From an uncultured Pelagibacteraceae bacterium (lineage in GTDB: Bacteria > Pseudomonadota > Alphaproteobacteria > Pelagibacterales > Pelagibacteraceae): a DNA stretch of 64,000 nt. The notes beneath the pieces were generated by a model, which worked only from the letters and a program-made list of their open reading frames with translations, was not told where the DNA came from and ran no database searches. Both the position numbers and the translations under genes were made by a program. Below, one piece after another: positions 52,201 through 63,388 of the stretch; the first letter of the stretch is position 1, and each line of letters starts with the position of its first letter. Where the stretch lies: contig CACHUY010000003.1 of NCBI GenBank assembly GCA_902583295.1, forward strand, positions 694-64,693. Direction: 5' to 3'.

Positions 52201-53258
52201 TTTGTTTTAATTGGAAATTGAACTCCGAACCATCTCCATTTACCGTCATCATTAAGAGAACAATTTACCCTTCCCCTTCTTGGCTCAAATGGTGCTCTAA
52301 ATTCAATTGACAGCACAGTACCTGAAAGAATGGTATTTGACTTTTCCCATTTGTTTGCTTCATTCGAATAACAATTAATATTATTTAAATTTTTTTGTTC
52401 TTTAAAAAACTCAACCATGAATTTAGGAGGATTTGTAGATTTTATTAATTGTTTTTCTAAAGGTAATAATTTTTTATATTCTAGTGGAAAATAATTTATG
52501 ATTGAGCTAAATCTTTTTAATTCACCATATTTTTCATTAATTGGAAATCTTGGTAATTCAAATTTATCCTTGTTAACATCAATAACTCCAGAGTGCTGAC
52601 CAAAAGCAAATTCAAAATTTTTAGAAATATAATCTCTCATAAATTTGGAATATTCACCAAATGGATAAGAAAATAAATTTGGAACATAGCCTACTTCTTC
52701 TAAAAAAATCTCATTTGCCTTTTCAATATCTGATATAAATTTATCAGTGGCTTCATCAATGAGATAATCATGGCTATGTGAGTGATGTCCAATTAAAGTA
52801 AAAGACTCTCTTTCAACTTCTCTTATTTGATCCCAGGTCATATATCCATTTTTACCTACCGGTTCAGTTGAAACAAATAAGATGAAAGGAATTTTATTTT
52901 TTTTAAGGTATGGCCAAGCTTCAAAATAAAATGACTTAAATCCATCATCAATAGTAATGAGGATCTCTTTTTTTAACTTAATGTTGCTAAATTGCTCTTT
53001 AAATCTATTAGGATTATGAAAGTTAAAACCTGAGCTTTTAATTATCTGAATATGTTCTTTGAAAATGTCCATTTGAATATTTGTTGATGGATATTCAGAT
53101 TCATTAAAACGATGATACATAATTGATAGAATTCCTTCATCTTTAGAATAGTATTTGATATTATTTTCATCTGCTTTAGAAACGATATTAAAAAAAAGAT
53201 TAATTATGAATAAGCTAGTAATAGACGTTGCAAATGAAAAAATATTTTTAATGATCAT
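52197..53258 (-). CDS. Polysaccharide deacetylase (CE4)
   Basis: MYHRF, ITIDDG, HSHSH, SYPFGE, LPRFP motifs; signal peptide. Confidence 0.9.
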   Translation of the reverse strand: MIIKNIFSFATSITSLFIINLFFNIVSKADENNIKYYSKDEGILSIMYHRFNESEYPSTNIQMDIFKEHIQIIKSSGFNFHNPNRFKEQFSNIKLKKEILITIDDGFKSFYFEAWPYLKKNKIPFILFVSTEPVGKNGYMTWDQIREVERESFTLIGHHSHSHDYLIDEATDKFISDIEKANEIFLEEVGYVPNLFSYPFGEYSKFMRDYISKNFEFAFGQHSGVIDVNKDKFELPRFPINEKYGELKRFSSIINYFPLEYKKLLPLEKQLIKSTNPPKFMVEFFKEQKNLNNINCYSNEANKWEKSNTILSGTVLSIEFRAPFEPRRGRVNCSLNDDGKWRWFGVQFPIKTN

Positions 53259-53592
53259 AACTAAAGATGATATTTATAATATTACTAAAGAGAATACTAA
53301 AATTAATTATGAGAAATTAACTTTAATTATTAAAGATTTTTTAAATTCGAATAGGCTGAAGTTAGAAGATATTCAAAAAATATATATTAACAGAGGCCCA
53401 GGGAGCTTTGCGGGCATAAGAAACTCTTTATCAATAGTTAAAGCAATCAATGTTGCAAGAAAAGTTGATTATTATTGCTATAGTCTTGAGGATTTCAAAG
53501 ACCAAAAAGATGTAAAATACGAGGATATACCCAATTTGTGTGACAAATTTAAAATTAAAAAAAATTTGATTAAACCTATTTATTTAAGTTAG
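53206..53592 (+). CDS. tsaB: Short TsaB-like protein
   Basis: L.ID start, GPGSFAGIR, KPIY C-terminus; 128 aa. Confidence 0.75.
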   Translation: MNKLVIDVANEKIFLMIITKDDIYNITKENTKINYEKLTLIIKDFLNSNRLKLEDIQKIYINRGPGSFAGIRNSLSIVKAINVARKVDYYCYSLEDFKDQKDVKYEDIPNLCDKFKIKKNLIKPIYLS

Positions 53593-53601
53593 AATTGAAT
53601 T

Positions 53602-54012
53602 ATGTCAGAAACAATTGAGCAAAAATGCTTATCTAAAGGGGTTAAATTAACTGATCAAAGAAGAATAATTGCGCAAGTGATGTCCCAATCTTCAGATCAC
53701 CCAGATGTTGATGAACTATATAACCGAGTTTCTAAAATTGATCCAAAAATTAGTATCGCCACAGTTTACAGAACAGTAAAATTATTTGAAGAGTCTGGAA
53801 TTTTAACAAAGCATGAGTTTAAAGGTGGAAAAGCTAGATATGAAGAGTTAAATGAAGGACATCACGATCATTTAATTGATGTAAAGTCTGGAGAGATTAT
53901 AGAGTTTGTGGATGAGGAAATTGAGAAACTTCAAAAAAAAGTTGCAGAAAAGTATGGATATACCTTGGTAGATCATAAATTAGAACTTTACGGGGTTAAA
54001 AAAAAATCCTAG
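53602..54012 (+). CDS. fur: Fur/Mur family metal-responsive regulator
   Basis: HPDVDELY, SIATVYRT, HHDHLID, HKLELYG motifs. Confidence 0.93.
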   Translation: MSETIEQKCLSKGVKLTDQRRIIAQVMSQSSDHPDVDELYNRVSKIDPKISIATVYRTVKLFEESGILTKHEFKGGKARYEELNEGHHDHLIDVKSGEIIEFVDEEIEKLQKKVAEKYGYTLVDHKLELYGVKKKS

Positions 54013-54016
54013 CAAA

Positions 54017-55345
54017 ATGTCACAAAAAATATTTATCAAAACTTTCGGTTGTCAAATGAATGAGTATGATTCAAATAGAATATACGACTCAGTTAAAAAA
54101 ATAGGTTTCAAAAAAACAGATAATTATGAGGACGCAAATTGTTATCTTCTAAATACCTGCCACATAAGGGATAAGGCTAAAGAAAAAGTTTATCATGAAA
54201 TAGGTAGAATTAAAAAAATTTTTAGATCAAAACAAAAGCCATTAGTAATTATTGCTGGCTGCGTTGCTCAAGCTGAAAATCAAGAAATGTTAAGACGTGA
54301 GCCTTACATTGATTTAGTAGTTGGTCCTCAATCTTATCACAAAATTAACAATACCATATTGAACCATGTTAAAAAAAAGAAGAAAATAGAAGAAACAGAG
54401 TTCGATGCTGTCTCCAAGTTTAAATATTTCAATAAAATAAAAAATGAGGCTGGAAAAGTATCTTCATTCTTAACTATTCAAGAAGGTTGTGACAAATTTT
54501 GTCATTTTTGTGTAGTGCCTTACACGAGAGGACCTGAATACTCAAGACCTTTTCAACAAATTATAGATGAGGCCAAATACTTATCTGAAAAAGGGACCAA
54601 AGAGATAGTACTCCTTGGTCAAAATGTTAATGCATATAATGATGGGAAAAATAGATTGTCCAACTTAATTATGGAATTAGAAAAAATACAAGATATTAAA
54701 AGAATTAGATATACCACGTCTCATCCAAAAGATATGACTGAAGATTTGATTGATGTTTATAAAAATTCTCAAAAATTAATGCCGCTCGTTCATCTTCCAG
54801 TACAAAGTGGATCTGATAAAATTTTAGAATCAATGAATAGAAAACACACTATTAAAGACTATTTGTATATTTTTGAAAAATTAAAAAACATTAATACTAA
54901 AATAGAATTTTCAAGTGATTTCATCATTGGTTATCCAGGAGAAAAAGAGGAAGATTTTAAAAATACATTAAGTTTAATTGAAAAAGTTAATTTTATTAAT
55001 TCATATTCTTTTATTTTTAGTGCCAGACCAGGAACAGTTGCTTTTGATTTAGAGCTTACTGACAAAAAAACTTCAATACAAAGATTAGAAATTATCCAGA
55101 ATAAATTGTATGAAAATCAAATGAGTAGAAATAAACTATTTAAAAACAAAACAATCAACGTTTTGGTTGAAAATTTAACTGATGACAAAACCCAAACTTT
55201 TGGTAGATCCGAGTATATGACTTCAGTAGTATTCAATGGTAATAAAGAACATATTGGAAAAATTGTTCCAGTAAAAATTAAAAAATATAATAGAACCACC
55301 TTATTTGGTGAAATTGTTGAGGATTTGGAAAAAAAGGTAGCATAA
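54017..55345 (+). CDS. miaB: tRNA methylthiotransferase MiaB
   Basis: GCQMNEYDS, NTC.IR, CDKFCHFC radical-SAM motif, TRAM domain. Confidence 0.97.
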   Translation: MSQKIFIKTFGCQMNEYDSNRIYDSVKKIGFKKTDNYEDANCYLLNTCHIRDKAKEKVYHEIGRIKKIFRSKQKPLVIIAGCVAQAENQEMLRREPYIDLVVGPQSYHKINNTILNHVKKKKKIEETEFDAVSKFKYFNKIKNEAGKVSSFLTIQEGCDKFCHFCVVPYTRGPEYSRPFQQIIDEAKYLSEKGTKEIVLLGQNVNAYNDGKNRLSNLIMELEKIQDIKRIRYTTSHPKDMTEDLIDVYKNSQKLMPLVHLPVQSGSDKILESMNRKHTIKDYLYIFEKLKNINTKIEFSSDFIIGYPGEKEEDFKNTLSLIEKVNFINSYSFIFSARPGTVAFDLELTDKKTSIQRLEIIQNKLYENQMSRNKLFKNKTINVLVENLTDDKTQTFGRSEYMTSVVFNGNKEHIGKIVPVKIKKYNRTTLFGEIVEDLEKKVA

Positions 55346-55348
55346 TAA

Positions 55349-56344
55349 TTGAACAGCATTACAAATAAAAATATCGATCCATCCTTGAAGTTTGTTTACT
55401 CAGACAACAATTCTTTAAGTGTCATATTTCATGATAATGATTTGTTGATGGGTGTTGTGGGTGAATTTAATAAAAATTTACAAGAGTTAGAGAAAATAAC
55501 AAACTGTAGTTTGTACTCCAGAGGAAACTCCATATTAATTAAATCAAATCCAGAAAAGAATGAATTATTAAAAAATGCTATTCAGTTTTTAGCCAATCAG
55601 TTCATTAACAACGGAAGCATCGAGAGCAAAGATATAGTTTCTTCAGTGGACAAATTTATGATTAATGAAAAAGTAAAAAATAACAATGTAACTGATATAA
55701 TTAAAACTCCAAAAAAATCTATAATTCCAAGATCTGAAAAACAAAAGGATTATGTAAGGGCACTAAGACAAAGTGATATTGTAATTTCAGCTGGCCCTGC
55801 AGGGACAGGAAAAACTTTTTTAGCAGTCGCTGTAGGACTGACAATGTTGTTAGAAAAAAAAATTGAGAGAATTATTTTATCAAGACCAGCTGTTGAGGCA
55901 GGTGAGCGTTTAGGATTTTTACCTGGAGACATGAGAGAGAAAGTAGATCCATATTTGAGGCCCTTATACGACTCTCTTTATGATCTTTTTGATTTTGAAA
56001 AAATTCAAAGGATGATTGAAATAGGTGATATAGAAATTGCTCCATTAGCTTTTATGAGAGGACGAACACTTAAAAACTCCTTTGCAATTTTGGATGAAGC
56101 CCAAAATGCAACTGACACTCAAATCAAAATGTTTTTAACACGTATTGGAGAAAATTCTAAAATTGTAGTTAATGGTGATCCTACTCAAATAGATTTACCA
56201 AACAAAGGTATGTCAGGATTAGTGCGTTCAAAACAATTGTTAGGACATTTGAATGAGATATCAGTTGTTGATTTTGATCACTCTGATGTTGTAAGGCATC
56301 CACTGGTTTCTAAAATTGTAAAAGCTTATTCAAAGAATGATTAA
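55349..56344 (+). CDS. phoH: PhoH-like ATPase (YbeZ)
   Basis: GPAGTGKT, RPAVEAGE.LGFLPG, MRGRT, DEAQN motifs; TTG start. Confidence 0.95.
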   Translation: MNSITNKNIDPSLKFVYSDNNSLSVIFHDNDLLMGVVGEFNKNLQELEKITNCSLYSRGNSILIKSNPEKNELLKNAIQFLANQFINNGSIESKDIVSSVDKFMINEKVKNNNVTDIIKTPKKSIIPRSEKQKDYVRALRQSDIVISAGPAGTGKTFLAVAVGLTMLLEKKIERIILSRPAVEAGERLGFLPGDMREKVDPYLRPLYDSLYDLFDFEKIQRMIEIGDIEIAPLAFMRGRTLKNSFAILDEAQNATDTQIKMFLTRIGENSKIVVNGDPTQIDLPNKGMSGLVRSKQLLGHLNEISVVDFDHSDVVRHPLVSKIVKAYSKND

Positions 56345-56798
56345 TATAAATGTCTTCTCTGAAGAGAAGGCTTGGTCAAAAAGGCTCAGAAATAAAGATC
56401 TTTTTTTTCAAAAAATCTGTAATGCTTTCCCAAAAAAATATAAGTTTTTAAATAGAAAAGTGAGTTTTACTTTGTTGCTCTCTAATAATAAAAATATTCA
56501 AAAATTAAATAAACTTTTTAGAAAAAAAAATAAGCCCACAGACATTTTGTCTTTTCCATTAGCTAAAAAAGTTAGAATTTCTAAACAAACTTATTTAGGA
56601 GATATAATAATCAGTTATAATTTTATAAATAAACCTAAATCATTAAATACGAAGCTTTTTAAGGAGAAAGTGATCAAAATATTTATTCATGGTTTCCTCC
56701 ATTTATTAGGTTTTGATCATAAAAAAAATAAAGATTATATTAAAATGCTAAAAGAAGAGGGGCAAATATACAAGTCCGTAATTTCTAAAACAAAATAA
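56337..56798 (+). CDS. ybeY: rRNA maturation endoribonuclease YbeY
   Basis: PTDILSFP, HGFLHLLGFDH motifs. Confidence 0.96.
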   Translation: MININVFSEEKAWSKRLRNKDLFFQKICNAFPKKYKFLNRKVSFTLLLSNNKNIQKLNKLFRKKNKPTDILSFPLAKKVRISKQTYLGDIIISYNFINKPKSLNTKLFKEKVIKIFIHGFLHLLGFDHKKNKDYIKMLKEEGQIYKSVISKTK

Positions 56799-56799
56799 A

Positions 56800-58344
56800 T
56801 TGACTAAAAAATCATATATTGAATTTATATTTTTAATAATTTTAGGGGGCGCAACATCCCTAAGTCTACCACCTTTTAATTATATAATTATTAACTTTAT
56901 AACCTTGAGTTTATTATTTGCTTTTTTAATAAAAAGGTCAAAAGAAACCACAAACAAAAAAATATTTTTCTTTTACGGATGGCTTTTTGGTTTTGGTTAT
57001 TTCATCACAAATCTTTATTGGATATCAATTTCATTAACTTTTGATGAAAGTTTTAAGTTTTTGATCCCAGTAACATTAATTCTTATTCCAGCTTTTTTAG
57101 CCTTATTTTATGGACTTATTTCTTTTTTATTTTTTATTTTTAAAACTAAAAAAGTAATTTCATCTTTCTTTCTGTTTTCTTTAATTTTTGGTTTAACAGA
57201 GTATGTTAGAGGTTCTATCTTAACAGGATTTCCATGGAATTTAATTGCTTATAGCTTTTCAAATCATCTAGAAATTTTAAATATTACGTCTGTTATTGGT
57301 ACCTATGGATTTAATTTATTTTGCATTTCACTATTTATAAGTCCAGCAGTATTTATTTTAAGAGAAACAAGAGCTGATATAGGAGTGTGTATATTTTTCT
57401 TATTAATAACAATTATTTTTTATTTTTATGGTGCTCAGTCTAAAAAGGATTTTAATGAAGCTAAAATTAATTCTATTGATCATAAGATTAGAGTTATTGG
57501 TTCAAACATTAAATTAGATAGATTTTATTCTAACGTTGATCCAATAACAGCTATAGAGGATTTAATTGAGCTTAGTGAACCTGATAAAAATGAAAAAATT
57601 ATTTTTGTATGGCCAGAGGGAATTTTGCCAGGTATATCTCAAGAAAAATTAGTTGATTACAAATGGTTATTTGAAAATCATTTTAATGAAAATCATTTAT
57701 TAGTCATTGGTATAAATAGTAAATCTGTTGAGAAAGGTGTTATTAAATATTTTAACTCTCTCTCAGTGTATAATCACAGTTTATATTTATTAAATTCATA
57801 TAATAAAAATAATCTTGTGCCATTTGGGGAATTCTTACCACTTGAGCATATACTTAAAAATATTGGTTTAAAAACTTTAACTAATGATTACAAGTCTTAT
57901 TCAAAAGGGAGCGAAAGAAATATAATAAAAATTAAAGAAAAAAATTTCTCTTTAAAGTTTTTACCCCTAATTTGCTATGAAATAATTTATTCTGGAAGAA
58001 TTTTTAATAATCCAGATTTTGATTTTATAATTAACATTTCAGAGGATGGGTGGTTTGGTCAATCTATTGGACCAAAACAACATTTTATTCACAGTATATA
58101 TAGAGCTATTGAGAGTGGTAAATACGTATTGCGTTCATCAAATAATGGAATATCTGCTATAATAAATTCAATTGGTGATATTGAACAAGAAGTTAGCTTT
58201 AATGAAACAGGCTATATTGACTTTAGTCAATTTAAAAAAATTAAACCAACAGTATTTTCTAAATATGGAAATAAAATTTTTGGTTTATTAATTTTATTGT
58301 ATATTTTTTTATTTTTTTCATTTAATAGAATTAGCAATGAGTAA
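56800..58344 (+). CDS. lnt: Apolipoprotein N-acyltransferase
   Basis: GFPW, WPE, K..LVPFGE, ICYE, D.WFG motifs. Confidence 0.95.
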   Translation: MTKKSYIEFIFLIILGGATSLSLPPFNYIIINFITLSLLFAFLIKRSKETTNKKIFFFYGWLFGFGYFITNLYWISISLTFDESFKFLIPVTLILIPAFLALFYGLISFLFFIFKTKKVISSFFLFSLIFGLTEYVRGSILTGFPWNLIAYSFSNHLEILNITSVIGTYGFNLFCISLFISPAVFILRETRADIGVCIFFLLITIIFYFYGAQSKKDFNEAKINSIDHKIRVIGSNIKLDRFYSNVDPITAIEDLIELSEPDKNEKIIFVWPEGILPGISQEKLVDYKWLFENHFNENHLLVIGINSKSVEKGVIKYFNSLSVYNHSLYLLNSYNKNNLVPFGEFLPLEHILKNIGLKTLTNDYKSYSKGSERNIIKIKEKNFSLKFLPLICYEIIYSGRIFNNPDFDFIINISEDGWFGQSIGPKQHFIHSIYRAIESGKYVLRSSNNGISAIINSIGDIEQEVSFNETGYIDFSQFKKIKPTVFSKYGNKIFGLLILLYIFLFFSFNRISNE

Positions 58345-59506
58345 TTTAAAAAACTTTCTTTTCACAAGTGAGTCTGTATCAGAAGGACACCCAGATAAAG
58401 TTTCAGATAGAATTTCTGATATGGTAGTTGATAGTTATATTTCAGGAGATCCATTTTCAAGAGTAGCTTGTGAAACACTTACAACAACAAATAAAGTCGT
58501 TTTGGCTGGCGAAGTAAGAGGTCCAGAAATTAAAGAAAATGACTTAATTGAAAAAGTAAGACACTGCATAAAAGATATTGGTTATGACCAAGATGGTTTC
58601 ACTTGGAAAGAAGCTACGAAAGTAGAAAGTCATCTTCATTCCCAATCTGCTGACATTGCAATGGGTGTAGATTCTTCAGGTAATAAAGATGAAGGAGCTG
58701 GCGATCAAGGCATAATGTTTGGCTTCGCTTGTGATGAAACAGAAGAGTTAATGCCAGCACCTATTCAATACTCACATAAAATTTTAAGACTAATGGCACA
58801 GGACAGAAAGTCTGGTAAACTTAAAAATATTGAACCAGACTCAAAAAGCCAAGTTACTTTTGAGTATGTCGATGGAAAACCAACAAAAGTTAAATCTGTA
58901 GTTATTTCATCACAACATTCTGCTGATGTAAACCAAACTCAAGTAAGAGATTTGTTGAGACCTTATATGATAAACTCCATACCAGAAAAATTTTTGGATG
59001 GCTTTGATGAAGAAGAGTTTTATGTAAATCCAACAGGTAATTTTGTAATTGGAGGCCCTGATGGTGATTGTGGTTTAACAGGAAGAAAAATTATAGTTGA
59101 TACTTACGGAGGTGCAGCACCTCATGGTGGCGGCGCATTTTCAGGAAAGGATCCAACTAAAGTTGATAGGTCAGCAGCTTATGCAGCAAGATATATTGCA
59201 AAAAATGTAGTTGCCTCAAAAATTGCTGACAAATGCTTAATTCAATTAGCCTATGCGATAGGTGTATCAAAACCGTTATCAATTTATGTTGATTTATTCG
59301 ATAACGATGTTGAAAAAAATAAATTTGTTATAGAAAAAATTAATGATAATTTTGATTTAAGTCCAAGAGGAATTAGAGAAATGTTAGATCTAAATAAACC
59401 CATATATGAAAAAACAGCTGCTTATGGTCATTTTGGAAGAAGCCCAGAAGAAAATGGGTCTTTTTCTTGGGAAAAAACAAATAAAATAAAAGCTTTTTTA
59501 AAATAG
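58337..59506 (+). CDS. metK: S-adenosylmethionine synthetase
   Basis: [28 protein letters not shown] motifs. Confidence 0.98.
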   Translation: MSNLKNFLFTSESVSEGHPDKVSDRISDMVVDSYISGDPFSRVACETLTTTNKVVLAGEVRGPEIKENDLIEKVRHCIKDIGYDQDGFTWKEATKVESHLHSQSADIAMGVDSSGNKDEGAGDQGIMFGFACDETEELMPAPIQYSHKILRLMAQDRKSGKLKNIEPDSKSQVTFEYVDGKPTKVKSVVISSQHSADVNQTQVRDLLRPYMINSIPEKFLDGFDEEEFYVNPTGNFVIGGPDGDCGLTGRKIIVDTYGGAAPHGGGAFSGKDPTKVDRSAAYAARYIAKNVVASKIADKCLIQLAYAIGVSKPLSIYVDLFDNDVEKNKFVIEKINDNFDLSPRGIREMLDLNKPIYEKTAAYGHFGRSPEENGSFSWEKTNKIKAFLK

Positions 59507-59562
59507 TTTCTGTTGAATTAAACAGAAACTTTACTATATTGCCCTTACATTATTGAAGTTAC

Positions 59563-59589
59563 AAAATGGGCTTTTGCCCATTTTTTTTT
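59563..59589 (+). terminator. Hairpin plus T-tract upstream of nusA (terminator or attenuator)
   Basis: AAAATGGGC-TTTT-GCCCA-T9, downstream of a TTGAAT-N16-TATATT promoter-like element at 59513-59540. Confidence 0.75.
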
Positions 59590-59604
59590 GGAATAAATAA
59601 AAAA

Positions 59605-61158
59605 ATGTTAAACAAAAGAGCAGATAAACTAGAATTACTAAGAATTGCAGAAGCTGTAGCCTTAGAGAAATCAATTGATAAAGAGCTAATTATTAGTTCA
59701 ATGGAAACAGGTATTGCCAAAGCAGCTAAATCAAAATTTGGTCAAGAAAATGAAATTAAAGTATTGATCAATCGAGATAGTGGAGATATTGAGCTTTTTA
59801 GAAAATTAGTAATTGCTGAAAATCCTGAAAATGCAAATACAGAAATAAAATTAGAGGATGCAATTAATTTAAATGAAATTAATAAAGATAAAACCGTTGG
59901 TGATGAGGTTCTTCAGCCTTTACCATCTTTTGATTTTGGAAGAATAGCAGCACAAACTGCAAAACAAGTTATCAGCTTCAATGTGAGAGAGGCTGAAAGA
60001 GAAAGACAATTCAACGATTTTATAGATAAGAAAGATTCAATTTTAAGTGGAATCGTAAAACGATTAGAATTTGGAAATGTGATTGCTGATTTAGGAAGAA
60101 CTGAAGCAATTATTCAAAAAAATGAATTAATTCCAAGAGAGAATATAAAGGCTGGAGATCGTATTAAAGCTTACTGTTACGATGTAAGGAGAGAACCAAG
60201 AGGCCAACAAATCTTTTTATCAAGGGCCCACCCAAAATTTATGGAAAAACTTTTTGTTCAAGAAGTGCCTGAAATTTATGATGGATTAATAGAAATTAAA
60301 TCATCTTCAAGAGATCCAGGAAGTAGAGCAAAAATATGTGTCAAAGCTGTTGATACATCTTTAGATCCAGTAGGAGCTTGTGTAGGGATGAGAGGATCAA
60401 GAGTTCAGGCAGTTGTGAATGAATTACAAGGTGAAAAAATTGATATTGTAAATTGGTCTGAAGATCCAGCTATTTTAGTATCAAACGCTTTATCTCCAGC
60501 TGAAGTTCAAAGAGTAAATGTTGATGCAGAAAGAAAAAAACTCGATGTAATACTTACAGAAGAAAATTTAAGTAAAGCAATTGGTAGAAGAGGTCAAAAC
60601 GTAAGACTTGCAACGAAGTTATTAAATTATGAAATTAATATAATGACAGATGCTGAGGACTCTGAGAGACGACAGTTAGAATTTAAAGAAAAAACAGAAA
60701 ACTTTGTAAAAAATTTAGAATTAGACGAGACGCTTGGCCAATTATTGGTAGCAGAGGGCTTTTCAACAATTGATGATATTAAAGATAGTTCAGCAGAAAA
60801 TTTAATGAAGATAGAGGGTATAGAAGAGGATACAGCAAAAGCGCTTATAGAAAGAGCTCAAGAATTTCATCAAAAAGATCAAGAAGATATATCGACAAGA
60901 ATTAAAGAATTGGGACTTGAGGATACTTTAATTAATTTAAAAGGTCTTACCCCAGGAATGTTGGTCACATTAGGAGAACAAAAAATTTTAAAATTAGAAG
61001 AGTTTGCAGATCTAGCATCTGATGAATTAACTGGTGGTTTTGATGTTGTGAAAGGTGAGAGAGTAAAAATTCAGGGATACTTAGAAGATTTTGCTTTATC
61101 AAAAGAAGAGGCTGATGAACTAATTATGTCTGCTAGAAACATTGTTTACAAATATTGA
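59605..61158 (+). CDS. nusA: Transcription factor NusA
   Basis: FGRIAAQTAKQ, S1/KH domains, DPVGACVGMRG, AIGRRGQNVRLA; start at MLNKR. Confidence 0.97.
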   Translation: MLNKRADKLELLRIAEAVALEKSIDKELIISSMETGIAKAAKSKFGQENEIKVLINRDSGDIELFRKLVIAENPENANTEIKLEDAINLNEINKDKTVGDEVLQPLPSFDFGRIAAQTAKQVISFNVREAERERQFNDFIDKKDSILSGIVKRLEFGNVIADLGRTEAIIQKNELIPRENIKAGDRIKAYCYDVRREPRGQQIFLSRAHPKFMEKLFVQEVPEIYDGLIEIKSSSRDPGSRAKICVKAVDTSLDPVGACVGMRGSRVQAVVNELQGEKIDIVNWSEDPAILVSNALSPAEVQRVNVDAERKKLDVILTEENLSKAIGRRGQNVRLATKLLNYEINIMTDAEDSERRQLEFKEKTENFVKNLELDETLGQLLVAEGFSTIDDIKDSSAENLMKIEGIEEDTAKALIERAQEFHQKDQEDISTRIKELGLEDTLINLKGLTPGMLVTLGEQKILKLEEFADLASDELTGGFDVVKGERVKIQGYLEDFALSKEEADELIMSARNIVYKY

Positions 61159-61168
61159 GTGATGAGCT

Positions 61169-63388
61169 ATGGAAAAAAAAACAAAATTAACAATATCAGG
61201 CTCAGCCAAAAAATCGATCAAGAATATTGAGATTGCTAAGACTCAAAGCAAAAACGCAGTTGTTATAGAAAAACAAACTGGAAAATTTCCAAATAGAGCA
61301 GGATCTTTAAGACCTAACCAAGGCAAACCAAAACAAACCTCTTCTTTTACCAGAGGCACTGGAATTAAACCATCCTTTGCCCCAAAATCACCCACTATAA
61401 CAAACGATTTTGAAAGACGTAAGCTTGCAGAGCAAAGAGCAACAAAGAGACTTAAAGGTGATGTTGAGGGAAAAGATAAAAAAACTTTAAAGTCTGGAAC
61501 GAAAAAAAGAGAATTAAAATTAACAGTTTCAAGAGCCCTAAGTGATGAAATAGAGGCAAGAGAAAGAAGTTTGGCTTCAGTAAAAAGAGCAAGGCAAAAG
61601 GAGAATAAAAATTTATCTAAAGATCAAAATCAGGAAAGTCTTAAACCAGTTAAAAGAGATATCAATATTCCAGAATCTATCACAGTTAGAGAGTTAGCTA
61701 ATAGAATGGCTGAGCAATCCAGCAATGTGATTAAATATTTATTTGGTATGGGGGTAACAGTTACAATAAATCAAACTCTTGCAGCAGATACAGCTGAGTT
61801 TTTAGTTAAAGAGTTTGGACACAATCCTATTAGAGAAGAAAAAGCAGAAGAAATAATTAAGAAAATAAAAGCAACAAGAGTAGAAAATTTAAAAAATAGA
61901 CCAGCAATTGTTACAGTGATGGGACACGTTGATCATGGCAAAACATCTGTTCTTGATGTTTTGAGAAGTGCAAATGTCGTATCAGGAGAATTTGGTGGAA
62001 TAACTCAACACATAGGAGCCTATCAAATTGAAAGCCAAAATAACAAACTAACTTTTATTGATACCCCAGGCCACGCAGCTTTTACAGAAATGAGAGCAAG
62101 AGGTTCAAAATTAACCGACCTAGTTGTATTAGTAGTTGCTGCAGATGATGGTGTGAAGCCACAAACAATCGAGTCAATTAAACATGCAAAAGCAGCAAAT
62201 GTTCCAATTGTTGTTGCGATTAATAAATGTGATCTTCCAGAGGCAGATCCACAAAAAATTAAAAATCAACTATTAGAACACGAGTTGGTTGCTGAAGATC
62301 TATCAGGTGATACTTTAATGGTAGAGATTTCAGCAAAGACAAAATTAAATTTAGACAAATTAGTTGAGTCTATAATTCTTCAAGCTGAAATTTTGGACTT
62401 GAAAACTGATTATGAGTCCAAAGCTACAGGAATAGTGTTAGAGTCCAAAATTGATGTAGGTCGCGGACCAGTTGCAACAATTATTGTAACCACAGGAACT
62501 CTTAAAAAAGGAGATTTTTTTGTTAGTGGATTGAAGTGGGGGAAAGTTAGAGCAGTAATAAATGACAAAGGTCAAAATATTAATGAAGCCTCACCATCTA
62601 CTCCAGTTGAGATTTTAGGCATTAATGGTGCAGCAAAAGCAGGAGATGATTTCATTGTTCTTGAGAATGAAAAAGAAGCTAAAACTTTAAGCGAAAATAG
62701 AGCAGAGGAGACAAAGGATGGAAAAAATCCTTTAACATTTGCTACAAAAGAATCTGCATTCTCAGACAAATCTTCAGAGGAATTAAATTTAATTATTAAA
62801 TCTGATGTACATGGATCTTCCGAAGCAATTAAAAATGCGATTAGTCAAATTAAACATGATGAAGTTAAACCTAAAATTATTTTAGCAGACATTGGAATGG
62901 TTACTGAAACTGATGTAACTTTAGCAAAAGCATCTAATGCTGTGTTAATTGCTTTTAACGTTAAGCCAAGTAAAGAAGCAAAAAAACTTGCTGAAAATGA
63001 AAAAATAAAAATTTCTTCATACAATATTATCTATGAAGTATTAGATTATATTAAACAAAAAATGTCGGGACTACTGACGCCTGATGTCCAGGAAACTATA
63101 ATCGGATCAGCGCAAATCTTACAAATTTTTAAAGTCTCTGGAGCTGGTAAAGTCGCAGGTTCAAAAATTATAGAGGGAGAAATTACTAGTACCTCAGATG
63201 TTAGAATAATTAGAGATGGAGCTATTATTTATATTGGAAAAGTTGGGACTATATTTAGAGAAAAAAACCAAGTAAAACAGGTTAGTGATGGACAAGAATG
63301 TGGAATAACAGTTAAAGATTATATGGATTTCCAAAAAAATGACACAATAGAAGCTTTTAGTGTTAAATCTACAGAGAGGTCAATTTAA
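61169..63388 (+). CDS. infB: Translation initiation factor IF-2
   Basis: [28 protein letters not shown] motifs. Confidence 0.98.
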   Translation: MEKKTKLTISGSAKKSIKNIEIAKTQSKNAVVIEKQTGKFPNRAGSLRPNQGKPKQTSSFTRGTGIKPSFAPKSPTITNDFERRKLAEQRATKRLKGDVEGKDKKTLKSGTKKRELKLTVSRALSDEIEARERSLASVKRARQKENKNLSKDQNQESLKPVKRDINIPESITVRELANRMAEQSSNVIKYLFGMGVTVTINQTLAADTAEFLVKEFGHNPIREEKAEEIIKKIKATRVENLKNRPAIVTVMGHVDHGKTSVLDVLRSANVVSGEFGGITQHIGAYQIESQNNKLTFIDTPGHAAFTEMRARGSKLTDLVVLVVAADDGVKPQTIESIKHAKAANVPIVVAINKCDLPEADPQKIKNQLLEHELVAEDLSGDTLMVEISAKTKLNLDKLVESIILQAEILDLKTDYESKATGIVLESKIDVGRGPVATIIVTTGTLKKGDFFVSGLKWGKVRAVINDKGQNINEASPSTPVEILGINGAAKAGDDFIVLENEKEAKTLSENRAEETKDGKNPLTFATKESAFSDKSSEELNLIIKSDVHGSSEAIKNAISQIKHDEVKPKIILADIGMVTETDVTLAKASNAVLIAFNVKPSKEAKKLAENEKIKISSYNIIYEVLDYIKQKMSGLLTPDVQETIIGSAQILQIFKVSGAGKVAGSKIIEGEITSTSDVRIIRDGAIIYIGKVGTIFREKNQVKQVSDGQECGITVKDYMDFQKNDTIEAFSVKSTERSI

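Noticed and set aside
58330-58345. SAM riboswitch upstream of metK
   Set aside because: metK overlaps the lnt stop, leaving no leader space, and no motif is visible.
59566-59604. N-terminal extension MGFCPFFFGINKK of NusA given by the ORF track
   Set aside because: It is just the hairpin and T-tract read in frame; the real start is likely 59605.
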